Assembly: GCF_900454895.1 (NCBI RefSeq)
Contig: NZ_UGTA01000001.1
Location: forward strand, 2,042,638-2,066,637
DNA from: Phocoenobacter uteri
Lineage (GTDB): Bacteria; Pseudomonadota; Gammaproteobacteria; Enterobacterales; Pasteurellaceae
Reading direction: 5' to 3'
Length of the DNA: 24,000 nucleotides
Positions 1 to 7,445 of the stretch are shown here, piece after piece (positions within the stretch are counted from its first letter, which is position 1; each line of letters begins with the position of its first letter). Under the pieces are notes generated by a model. That model did not search any database. It saw only the letters and a list, made by a program, of their open reading frames with translations, and had not been told where the DNA came from. The translations under genes and the position numbers were made by a program.

Positions 1-264
1 CCAGTAAGAGACAATAACATTGACAATCACCGCCATAAAGATTGCCCAGTAAACAAATTTTAAACCACCATAAAAGTGAATTTTATCTCTCAGAGTAAAA
101 ATAGCGGCAAAAAAAATTGTTCCAACAGAAAGCATTCCATAAAAAGGCAATGGAATAAATATATTCAACGTGATATTAGCTAGCAGAATGCTAACAACAT
201 ATAAAAAGACCAAGAAAATAGGGTGCGACAGGGTAAGCCCTCGCCATATGGGTAAATTCATCAT
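1..264 (-). CDS. 5' part of an integral membrane protein gene that runs off the window start; possibly YhhQ/DUF165 (queuosine-precursor transporter) family
   Basis: Hand translation of the reverse strand from ATGATG (264/261) gives 88 stop-free codons down to position 1: MMNLPIWRGLTLSHPIFLVFLYVVSILLANITLNIFIPLPFYGMLSVGTIFFAAIFTLRDKIHFYGGLKFVYWAIFMAVIVNVIVSYW. The sequence is strongly hydrophobic. The LLAN...GTIFFAAIFTLRD...G stretch resembles the N-terminal YhhQ/DUF165 signature as I remember it. It is absent from the ORF track because it has no stop codon in the window. Confidence 0.5.
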   Translation of the reverse strand, partial: MMNLPIWRGLTLSHPIFLVFLYVVSILLANITLNIFIPLPFYGMLSVGTIFFAAIFTLRDKIHFYGGLKFVYWAIFMAVIVNVIVSYW

Positions 265-410
265 TATTTTTTCTCCAAAACAATAAAACAGATTGATGGA
301 ACTGTGCATTTTTAAGTGATTGCACACAGGTAAGCAGAGGTATCTACGCCTGAGCGGGGCATTCTAGCAAAAATTTGAGATAATTTGGAGAATTTATAAA
401 AAATAGATAG

Positions 411-462
411 AAAACCAACCATAACTTGCTCTAAATTAACACAGTTTATGGTTGGTTTTTTT
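411..462. terminator. Rho-independent terminator hairpin downstream of the ubiH-family gene
   Basis: aaaaccaaccataa (411-424) pairs perfectly with ttatggttggtttt (446-459). There is a T-run on the + strand (to 462) and a T-rich tract on the - strand (ttctatctatttttt). It lies 18 nt below the stop codon at 480. Confidence 0.7.
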
Positions 463-479
463 AGAGAGGCACTTTTTAT

Positions 480-1691
480 TTACCAGCCCAACGCACGATT
501 AGCCACCCATTCTCGCCCTATTTTGAAATGATCTAAACCAATCAATCCTAAGGTTCTCGCAAGCTGAACAGGTAAAAATTCACAGCAAAAAATAGAAATT
601 AAGCCACTTGTTGAACGAATAATTTTATTCTGATCTGCCAAACGATTTTTTTCAAATTGAGTTAACAGAGCATAATCGCCGAAATCCTTACCTTGCTCAA
701 ACGCACCTGAAAGCAATTTCGCTAATTCATATAAATCTCGCATTCCCAAATTAAAACCTTGCCCTGCGACAGGGTGTAAAAGTTGGGACGCATTGCCGAC
801 AATCGCCAAGCGATGATGAATATGGGAAGTGGCTTTTTGGGATTGCAATGGATAACTAAAACGACGGCTAGCACGCAAAAACTTACCTAATTTCCAACCA
901 AAATTTTGTTGGAGTTTTGCCAAAAATTCTTCGTCAGAAAGGCTTAATAATTCACTTGGATCATTAACACACCACACTAACGACATCTGATTTTTGACTT
1001 CTGCCGTTTCACACAATGGCAATAACGCCAAAGGACCTTGCAAAGTAAAACGCTCAAAGGCTTGTTGCTGGTGGGGTTGAGAAATTTCCACATTCGCAAT
1101 AATCGCCGATTGATTATAATCTCGCAACTGTACCGTTTCCACACCACATTGCTTCGCGATTTGTGATTGAATACCGTCTGCTGCCACGATTAACGCCGAT
1201 TTTAACTGTATGCCTGAACTTAACGTGATTTCACAAGTGGTCTGATTTCGTTCAATATTTGTAACAGTGTCGGGGCAGAAAAGCTGAATATTTTGGTGCT
1301 TTTGAATAAGTTGAGAAAGTTCAAAACCAAGTTTGGCTAACTCAACCACCACGCCCAGTTGTGGCAAGTGCATTTCGGTGGCTTTTAAAGTGGTTTTACC
1401 AAAATGATGTTGATCTGAAACCTGAATTTTTTGAATTGAAGTGCTAATACGACGCACAACATCGCTCAAATTTGTCGTACCAAGCGGTTGAATTTTTTGT
1501 AATTTTTGCAAACTTCCTTGTGCCAATGCAATACTTCTCGCATCAAATCCCCCCTGACTTTTAAAATCTGGTTTGATCTTTTCCACAATCGCAATTTGCA
1601 TGTTGTGATCCGTAAAACTACTCAATGCCAATGCCAAAATCGACCCTGTCATCGCACCACCGACGATAACGACATCAAATTGCTGAGCCAT
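480..1691 (-). CDS. ubiH: FAD-dependent aromatic hydroxylase of the UbiH/UbiF/UbiI family (2-octaprenyl-6-methoxyphenol hydroxylase-like)
   Basis: N-terminal Rossmann motif FDVVIVGGAMTGSILAL. Conserved AFERFT..GPLALLP and HPVAGQGFNLGMRD blocks are typical of UbiH/VisC. I prefer the ATG at 1691 (MAQQFDVV..., GAGG 6 nt upstream) over the track start at 1736, because 1718-1760 forms the glyS terminator hairpin. Assignment among paralogues (ubiH vs ubiF/ubiI) is uncertain. Confidence 0.8.
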   Translation of the reverse strand: MAQQFDVVIVGGAMTGSILALALSSFTDHNMQIAIVEKIKPDFKSQGGFDARSIALAQGSLQKLQKIQPLGTTNLSDVVRRISTSIQKIQVSDQHHFGKTTLKATEMHLPQLGVVVELAKLGFELSQLIQKHQNIQLFCPDTVTNIERNQTTCEITLSSGIQLKSALIVAADGIQSQIAKQCGVETVQLRDYNQSAIIANVEISQPHQQQAFERFTLQGPLALLPLCETAEVKNQMSLVWCVNDPSELLSLSDEEFLAKLQQNFGWKLGKFLRASRRFSYPLQSQKATSHIHHRLAIVGNASQLLHPVAGQGFNLGMRDLYELAKLLSGAFEQGKDFGDYALLTQFEKNRLADQNKIIRSTSGLISIFCCEFLPVQLARTLGLIGLDHFKIGREWVANRALGW

Positions 1692-1717
1692 ATACCACCT
1701 CAATTTTTCATTCAAAA

Positions 1718-1766
1718 AAGCGGTAAGATTTTGCAAATTTTTTACTAAATCTTACCGCTTGATCAT
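1718..1766 (-). terminator. glyS terminator built from an inverted USS pair
   Basis: AAGCGGTAAGATTT (1718-1731) and AAATCTTACCGCTT (1747-1760) form a perfect 14-bp inverted repeat. On the - strand the hairpin is followed by TTTTTT (complement of the A-run at 1712-1717). It lies 13 nt downstream of the glyS stop codon. Confidence 0.8.
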
Positions 1767-1772
1767 CACAAT

Positions 1773-3839
1773 TTATTGTAAAACTGAAATATCCGCCACA
1801 TTTAAGAATAGGCGTTGTAGCGAGCCTAAAATTGCTAAACGGTTATTACGCAGTTTTTCATCTTCGGCATTTACCATTACTTTATCAAAGAAGGTATCCA
1901 CCACATCACGCAAACTTGCAAGCTGTTCTAAAATCGCTTGATATTCGCCATTCGCAAATTGCGGTGCAAGGCTTGAATTTAACGCAATGATTTTTTCTGC
2001 TAATACTTTTTCAGCGTCAATTTCACAAAGTGAAAGATCGATCTCGCCGACACTATTTTCCGCTTTGGCTAAAATGTTTGCAACACGTTTATTCGCTGCT
2101 GCCAGAGCCTCAGCACTTTCTAAGGTACGGAAATAAGCTACTGCACGCACACGAGCGTCAAAATCTGCTGGTTTTGTTGGGCGACGAGCTAATACCGCTT
2201 GAATGACATCAACTGAAATGCCTTCATCTTGATACCACGCACGGAAACGCCCCAGCATAAAATCAACCACTTCATCGACCACATTTTTATTTGATAATTT
2301 ATCGCCAAATAATTGTGCTGATTTTTGGATTAAATCCGTTAAATCTAATGGTAATTTTTTCTCAACGATAATACGCAACACACCTAATGCTGCACGACGC
2401 AACGCAAATGGGTCTTTGTCGCCTTTTGGATACTGACCGATACCAAAAATACCCGTTAAAGTATCAATTTTATCCGCCAACGCAACGCTACACGCCACTA
2501 ATGAAGTCGGTAATTCATCGCCTGAGAAACGTGGCATATATTGTTCATTTAATGCAACCGCTACTTCTTCATCTTCGCCATCGTGACGTGCATAGTGCAT
2601 TCCCATTACGCCTTGCGTATCGGTAAATTCAAACACCATATTCGTCATTAAATCGCATTTTGATAATAAACCTGCACGTTTCGCTTTGGTTTCATCGGCA
2701 CCGATTTGTTTTGCGATTTCGCCACTGAGTTGCTCAATACGAGTGGTTTTATCACGCACTGTACCAAGCTGTTGTTGGAATAATACGGTTTCTAAACGTG
2801 GTAAATTATCTTCTAAACGCTGTTTTAGATCTGATTTAAAGAAAAATTCTGCGTCCGCTAAACGTGGACGAACCACTTTTTCATTACCTTCGATCACAAA
2901 AGTTGGATCTTCTGGGTTGATATTCGACACAAAAATAAAGTTTGGTAATAAGTTGCCCGCTTTATCATAAATAGGGAAATATTTTTGATCCCCTTTCATT
3001 GTGTAAACCAACGCCTCAGCAGGTACTTCTAAGAAACGCTCTTCAAATTTCGCCGCCATTACCACAGGGAACTCAACTAATGATGAGACCTCTTCAAGTA
3101 AGTCTTCTTCAATATCTGCGATACCGCCTAATGCTTCGGCTTTGGCTTGTGAATCTTTTAAAATGATCGCTTTACGCTCTTCAAAATCCGCAATAACCGA
3201 TCCTTTTTCACGTAAAATTTCAGGATATTGATCCGCATTTGTAATTTCAACTTCTTGTTGCCCCAAGAAACGGTGTCCACGTAAAGTCGTACCACTTTTT
3301 ACACCTAAAATTTCGCCGTTGATCAACTCATCGCCAAGCAACATCGTTACAGTATGCACAGGACGGATAAATTGTACGGTCTTATCGCCCCAACGCATTG
3401 CTTTTGGAATCGGTAATTTTGCCAACGCATTGTTGATAATCTCATTTAACAAGCATTTGGTTTCTTGCCCTTTGATAACCGCACGATGTACCAACCACTC
3501 GCCTTTATCCGTTGCGATACGCTCCGCCTGATCAACCGTAATCCCACAACCTCTTGCCCAGCCTTCCGCTGCTTTGGTTGGATTACCTTGATCATCAAAC
3601 GCCGCCTTAACAGCAGGACCACGTTTTTCAATATTTTTATCTGGTTGCACCAACGCAAGCCCTAAAACTTTAACCGCTAAACGACGTGGTGCAGCAAACC
3701 ATTCCACTTTATCAAAAGTCAAACCCACTTGGTTTAACTCTTGTTCCACATTGCCCGCAAACGCCAGCCCTAATTTTTTAAGTGCCTTCGGTGGTAACTC
3801 TTCTGTGCCAATCTCGGCAAGGAAATTTTTTGTTGTCAT
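1773..3839 (-). CDS. glyS: Glycine--tRNA ligase beta subunit
   Basis: 688 aa, collinear with E. coli GlyS over its full length as I recall it ([65 protein letters not shown], ending ADISVLQ). Confidence 0.97.
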   Translation of the reverse strand: MTTKNFLAEIGTEELPPKALKKLGLAFAGNVEQELNQVGLTFDKVEWFAAPRRLAVKVLGLALVQPDKNIEKRGPAVKAAFDDQGNPTKAAEGWARGCGITVDQAERIATDKGEWLVHRAVIKGQETKCLLNEIINNALAKLPIPKAMRWGDKTVQFIRPVHTVTMLLGDELINGEILGVKSGTTLRGHRFLGQQEVEITNADQYPEILREKGSVIADFEERKAIILKDSQAKAEALGGIADIEEDLLEEVSSLVEFPVVMAAKFEERFLEVPAEALVYTMKGDQKYFPIYDKAGNLLPNFIFVSNINPEDPTFVIEGNEKVVRPRLADAEFFFKSDLKQRLEDNLPRLETVLFQQQLGTVRDKTTRIEQLSGEIAKQIGADETKAKRAGLLSKCDLMTNMVFEFTDTQGVMGMHYARHDGEDEEVAVALNEQYMPRFSGDELPTSLVACSVALADKIDTLTGIFGIGQYPKGDKDPFALRRAALGVLRIIVEKKLPLDLTDLIQKSAQLFGDKLSNKNVVDEVVDFMLGRFRAWYQDEGISVDVIQAVLARRPTKPADFDARVRAVAYFRTLESAEALAAANKRVANILAKAENSVGEIDLSLCEIDAEKVLAEKIIALNSSLAPQFANGEYQAILEQLASLRDVVDTFFDKVMVNAEDEKLRNNRLAILGSLQRLFLNVADISVLQ

Positions 3840-3896
3840 TTTGTTCTCTCTTTTAGACTGTTCACGCAGAGCGTGAATAATGTAATATTAAATTTT

Positions 3897-4910
3897 CTAA
3901 ACGTTATTCAACGCTCTCACTTTTTCAATTTGTTGCTGTAACTGTAATTCTGTTGGTAGATAAGGTAAATATTTTGCACTAAAAATCTGTTTTCTATCGG
4001 CAAGTACAGAATATTTTGCAATCGCCTCACTTTTCTCACTACATAACACTAGACCAATAGTCGGATTATCATCTTCGCCTTTAAATTGCTCATCATACAA
4101 ACGAACATAAGTATCCATTTGCCCGATATCTTGGTGCTTTAACTTACCAATTTTTAGATCAATCAATAAAAAGCATTTCAGTTTGAAATTATAAAAAACT
4201 AAATCAATGTAAAAATCTTCATCGCCAAAACGAATTCTTTTTTGACGCTCAACAAATGCAAACCCTTTGCCTAATTCAAGTAAAAATTGCTGTAAATTAT
4301 TGATTATTGCTTGCTCAACATTACTTTCTTGATAGGTTTTATCCTGTAAATTTAAGAAATCTAAAATATAAGGATCACGCAAATAATCCTGTACCGTTTC
4401 TTTTAATACTTCTGTTTTTTCTTCTGCTTCTTGTGCAACAACAGACTTATTTTGGCTTGCTAATAAACGTTCATAATAAAGTACTGAGATTTGACGATCT
4501 AATGCTCGAACAGACCAGTTTTGTTCAATCGTTTCCTGTAAATACCATTGTCTAGCACTAGGATCTTCAACTCGAATTAATCGTCTATAATGCGACCAAC
4601 TCAATTCGCGACACAGTGTGTCACGAATTGGAAAAGCAAGATAAAACTGACGCATATTACGTAAATTTGAAATATCAAAACCTTTACCATACATTGTAGT
4701 TAAACGCTCTGATAAATTTTGTAACACATATTTACCATACTCAGCACGCTGTTGCCCTTGCTGTTCATCTTCCACAAGCAAACGCCCAATATCCCAATAG
4801 CATTGGACCATTGCAGAATTGACCGTTTGTTTAACTTGCTTTCTCGCTTGCTCAATAATTTGAGCAATGCTTTGAGTTAAGTCATTATTTTCTGTTGGAA
4901 GATTATTCAT
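3897..4910 (-). CDS. YhcG/DUF1016-family PD-(D/E)XK nuclease-domain protein
   Basis: 337 aa. The N-terminal helical region (CYWDIGRLL...EYGKYVLQNLSERL...GFDISNLRNMRQFYLAFP) and the C-terminal restriction-endonuclease-like core (LELGKGFAFVERQKRI...FYIDLVFYN...FLLIDLKIGKL...GQMDTYV) match the YhcG/DUF1016 pattern. The putative catalytic D236 and D251-L-K253 are present. Confidence 0.85.
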   Translation of the reverse strand: MNNLPTENNDLTQSIAQIIEQARKQVKQTVNSAMVQCYWDIGRLLVEDEQQGQQRAEYGKYVLQNLSERLTTMYGKGFDISNLRNMRQFYLAFPIRDTLCRELSWSHYRRLIRVEDPSARQWYLQETIEQNWSVRALDRQISVLYYERLLASQNKSVVAQEAEEKTEVLKETVQDYLRDPYILDFLNLQDKTYQESNVEQAIINNLQQFLLELGKGFAFVERQKRIRFGDEDFYIDLVFYNFKLKCFLLIDLKIGKLKHQDIGQMDTYVRLYDEQFKGEDDNPTIGLVLCSEKSEAIAKYSVLADRKQIFSAKYLPYLPTELQLQQQIEKVRALNNV

Positions 4911-4943
4911 AAATTTGCAAATTCTCTCTAAAACCTAACCGCT

Positions 4944-5207
4944 TTAACCAAAAATAGTTTGTAATTCTTCACGCTCTAATATTACTTTTTCATCGTCTAG
5001 CACCAAAGCAGGAATACCAATATTTCCTAAACTTTTTGGCATATCGAACGCCGAGTGATTATCGCGTAATTTTAAAAAGAGTTTAAAATTCGCCATTGAT
5101 TCAAAAATATTTACACCTTCATATTCAACATTTAAGCGTTCTAATTCTTGCTTAAATGGAATCGTATCAGGGCATAAATCAGCATAAAAAAGTGTTGGTT
5201 TATTCAT
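4944..5207 (-). CDS. Small glutaredoxin-like / thioredoxin-fold protein with a single-cysteine CPDT motif
   Basis: 87 aa from the ATG at 5207 (MNKPTLFYADLCPDTIPFKQELERL...). The order beta1-CPxx-helix1 followed by a GIPALVL cis-Pro-type loop is the Grx/Trx-fold layout. There is only one Cys in the protein. The start overlaps the stop of the upstream FRG gene (ATGAATAA). The track start at 5240 would add 11 residues. Confidence 0.7.
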   Translation of the reverse strand: MNKPTLFYADLCPDTIPFKQELERLNVEYEGVNIFESMANFKLFLKLRDNHSAFDMPKSLGNIGIPALVLDDEKVILEREELQTIFG

Positions 5208-6345
5208 TTTTAGTCTTTTTATCCTCAGAAGGTTGTTCATATTTCTTTTTAATCACTTCAGCTTGTTTATCTAGTTCAGGAAATAATGTTTCTTGGCTAA
5301 TTCCTAAATATTTTAAATCTTTCAATAAGTTATCTTTACATCTATAAGGAATTGTAATACTCATTTCTTGATCAGCGATCTTAAACCATTCTTCAGTAAG
5401 AATCGCAGGGTTTTCTTTTCCTTCTTCTGTCATACCATAAAGAAAGAATGATCCTTGTTGATAAATAAGACGATCATTTGTTTTACTTGGATTTATACAT
5501 AATACTTTATAAAAATCCTGGTAATTTATAAATGGTTGGAAATAAGGTTTACTTTTCCTAATATCATTCAGCAAAGAAAGCATTTGTGGCTGTTTGCATA
5601 AGTTATTTGTAAATTGCCTAAATAAACGTTCTATAAATCTTTCGTTTAATAAGTACCTTCTAGATTTAGCCATTTCTAAAGATTCTAAGTAACGATAATT
5701 AAATTTATCATTCTCTAAGTTGATTTCCAAATAAGAAATAAGAAAATCTTGTAATTCTGAATCTATTTTTTTTGAACTTGTTAAATATTGATTTTTACGT
5801 TCTTTTTTTATGCGATATCTTCTAATAAAAAAATCACACTTAGGTATGTCTTTAAATAAATCTCTGGAAGCCTCTTTAAAAGTCTTATCATCTATTCTAA
5901 ATTTATTTGGAGCAAGGCTTAAGGCACTAATTATGGCTACTGTATCACTATCAGAGTACTTTATTTGTTTTGTTGGTACTTTAAAAACAAATACCTTACC
6001 ATCTTTTTCTTTCTCATCTGAACAAGCAAAGTATAAAGCAACCAAAGCATTAGAGGTAATATCTAATAAGCGAGTAGGGCAACCATAATGTTGCAATTTT
6101 ACGAGTTTATCAAATAATAATGTTTCTTTTTCTAAATCTTGTGGGCAAGCAGTAAACATATCATTGATAATTTTATCTTCATTTTGAATATGTCCTTTAT
6201 TTCTAAATATACTGGGTTCCAATATCCATTCACAATTGGCATGTCCTCGGAAAAAATAAGTATTTTCTAACTTATCTTCTTCCTTTACATATTTTTTAAG
6301 TTCATTCAAAAAATCAGAAATACTGAATTGCTCACTACTCATCAT
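5200..6345 (-). CDS. FRG-domain protein (function unknown)
   Basis: 381 aa. It carries the diagnostic YFFRGH...W.L.PS.FR motif (aa 30-48) and QHYGCPTRLLDITSNALVALYFAC (aa 85-108). The C-terminal NDRLIYQQGSFFLYG and LKYLGISQETLFPELD blocks are typical of full-length FRG-family proteins. Sampled rows of the gene are very AT-rich (22-37% GC by hand count, most 22-28%). Confidence 0.8.
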   Translation of the reverse strand: MMSSEQFSISDFLNELKKYVKEEDKLENTYFFRGHANCEWILEPSIFRNKGHIQNEDKIINDMFTACPQDLEKETLLFDKLVKLQHYGCPTRLLDITSNALVALYFACSDEKEKDGKVFVFKVPTKQIKYSDSDTVAIISALSLAPNKFRIDDKTFKEASRDLFKDIPKCDFFIRRYRIKKERKNQYLTSSKKIDSELQDFLISYLEINLENDKFNYRYLESLEMAKSRRYLLNERFIERLFRQFTNNLCKQPQMLSLLNDIRKSKPYFQPFINYQDFYKVLCINPSKTNDRLIYQQGSFFLYGMTEEGKENPAILTEEWFKIADQEMSITIPYRCKDNLLKDLKYLGISQETLFPELDKQAEVIKKKYEQPSEDKKTKNE

Positions 6346-6354
6346 TGCACCTTT

Positions 6355-7272
6355 TTACTTCTTACACATCGGAAACCCTAACGCTTCACGGCTTGCATAA
6401 TATGCCTCTGCGACACCTTTGGTTAATGCACGAATACGCAAAATATAACGCTGTCTTTCCGTTACCGAAATCGCTTTACGTGCGTCAAGTAAGTTAAAGC
6501 AATGTCCTGCTTTTAGGATACGTTCATAAGCAGGCAATGGTAATGGCTGTTCTAGTTCTAATAACGCTTTAGCCTCTTTTTCGTACTCTTCAAAGCAGTG
6601 GAATAAGAATTCAACATTTGCGTGTTCAAAGTTGTAAGTTGATTGCTCCACTTCGTTTTGGTGGAATACGTCGCCGTAGGTGGTTTTGCCTAATGGACCA
6701 TCTGAATATACTAAGTCGTAAACACTGTCCACGCCTTGAATGTACATTGCTAAACGCTCTAAACCGTAAGTGATTTCGCCGGTGACAGGTTTACATTCTA
6801 ATCCGCCTACTTGTTGGAAATAGGTAAATTGGGTTACTTCCATACCGTTTAACCACACTTCCCAGCCTAAGCCCCACGCACCTAGTGTTGGGTTTTCCCA
6901 GTTGTCTTCTACAAAACGAATATCGTGTACTAATGGGTCAAAACCGAGCATTTTTAAGCTGTTTAAATATAATTCTTGGATATTATCTGGCGATGGCTTG
7001 ATAACCACTTGGAATTGATAATAGTGCTGTAAACGGTTTGGGTTTTCGCCGTAGCGACCGTCAGTTGGACGGCGTGAAGGTTGCACATAAGCCGACGCCA
7101 TTGGCTCAGGACCGATTGCACGTAAACAAGTCATAGGGTGCGATGTACCTGCACCGACTTCTAAATCGAATGGTTGTACGATAGTACAGCCTTGCTCTGC
7201 CCAGTAATCTTGTAGGGCTAAAATCATACCTTGGAATGTTTTTACATTGAATTTGGTTGTTGCTGTTGTCAT
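6355..7272 (-). CDS. glyQ: Glycine--tRNA ligase alpha subunit
   Basis: 305 aa, near-collinear with E. coli GlyQ ([65 protein letters not shown], ending [11 protein letters not shown]). Confidence 0.97.
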   Translation of the reverse strand: MTTATTKFNVKTFQGMILALQDYWAEQGCTIVQPFDLEVGAGTSHPMTCLRAIGPEPMASAYVQPSRRPTDGRYGENPNRLQHYYQFQVVIKPSPDNIQELYLNSLKMLGFDPLVHDIRFVEDNWENPTLGAWGLGWEVWLNGMEVTQFTYFQQVGGLECKPVTGEITYGLERLAMYIQGVDSVYDLVYSDGPLGKTTYGDVFHQNEVEQSTYNFEHANVEFLFHCFEEYEKEAKALLELEQPLPLPAYERILKAGHCFNLLDARKAISVTERQRYILRIRALTKGVAEAYYASREALGFPMCKK

Positions 7273-7326
7273 TATTTGTACCTAATTCTTAAAAGTGAAT
7301 AGAAAATTGCTTTTATTATACCTATT

Positions 7327-7414
7327 AAGCGGTTAGATTTGTGAATTTTTTTGCAAATTTACACAGAAATTCTCCTGATAAAACCCGTAAAAAATAAAAA
7401 AAATCTAACCGCTT
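7327..7414. repeat. Inverted USS pair in the glyQ/yihY divergent intergenic region
   Basis: AAGCGGTTAGATTT (7327-7340) and AAATCTAACCGCTT (7401-7414) form a perfect 14-bp inverted repeat separated by a 60-nt AT-rich spacer that contains TTTGCAAATTT. Confidence 0.75.
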
Positions 7415-7418
7415 GGGG

Positions 7419-7441
7419 TATAATTGCACAGATTAAGGAGG
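7419..7441 (+). promoter_or_regulatory. Candidate -10 box and Shine-Dalgarno sequence for yihY
   Basis: Consensus TATAAT at 7419-7424 and AAGGAGG at 7435-7441, 4 nt before the ATG at 7446. No convincing -35 box was found. Confidence 0.35.
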
Positions 7442-7445
7442 CACT

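Noticed and set aside
265-410. Possible preQ1 riboswitch in the leader of the YhhQ-like gene
   Set aside because: YhhQ-family genes are often controlled by preQ1-I riboswitches, so I read the - strand leader. It runs from an extended -10 box TGcTAGAAT through a CTGTG...CACAG hairpin to the GGAG Shine-Dalgarno sequence. I could not find the short P1 stem plus the conserved loop and the A-rich AAAAAACUA tail of preQ1-I. An Infernal scan with RF00522/RF01054/RF02680 would settle it.
1506-1941. Plus-strand ORFs 1506-1748 and 1759-1941
   Set aside because: They are antisense to the ubiH-family gene and to the glyS 3' end, and they cross the terminator hairpin. No ribosome-binding sites or family resemblance were found.
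2387-3665. Five track ORFs inside glyS (2387-2626 +, 2686-2970 +, 3319-3531 +, 3446-3658 -, 3465-3665 +)
   Set aside because: All lie within the confidently identified glyS coding region, either antisense or out of frame. Their products are low-complexity, Cys/Arg/Ser-rich strings with no recognisable motifs and no Shine-Dalgarno sequences. They are typical shadow ORFs.
3861-3877. TTCACGC-AGA-GCGTGAA hairpin as a terminator between yhcG and glyS
   Set aside because: It has a 7-bp stem but no downstream T-run on the - strand (followed by cagtctaaaagag), so it is not called a terminator. It is retained only as a possible processing or stability element in the glyS read-through finding.
5208-5240. 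Upstream start (5240) for the glutaredoxin-like ORF
   Set aside because: It would add MNNLLRIKRLK ahead of the beta1 strand and create a 41-nt overlap with the FRG gene. The ATG at 5207 gives the canonical Grx N-terminus and the classic ATGAATAA coupling overlap. The longer form is not excluded, only less likely.
4307-6088. Plus-strand ORFs antisense to the island genes (4307-4555, 5156-5347, 5810-6088)
   Set aside because: I considered them as possible antisense antitoxin-like genes. However, they are AT-rich-frame artefacts (runs of L/F/K/N) without Shine-Dalgarno sequences. The opposite-strand genes have clear family signatures that explain the open frames.
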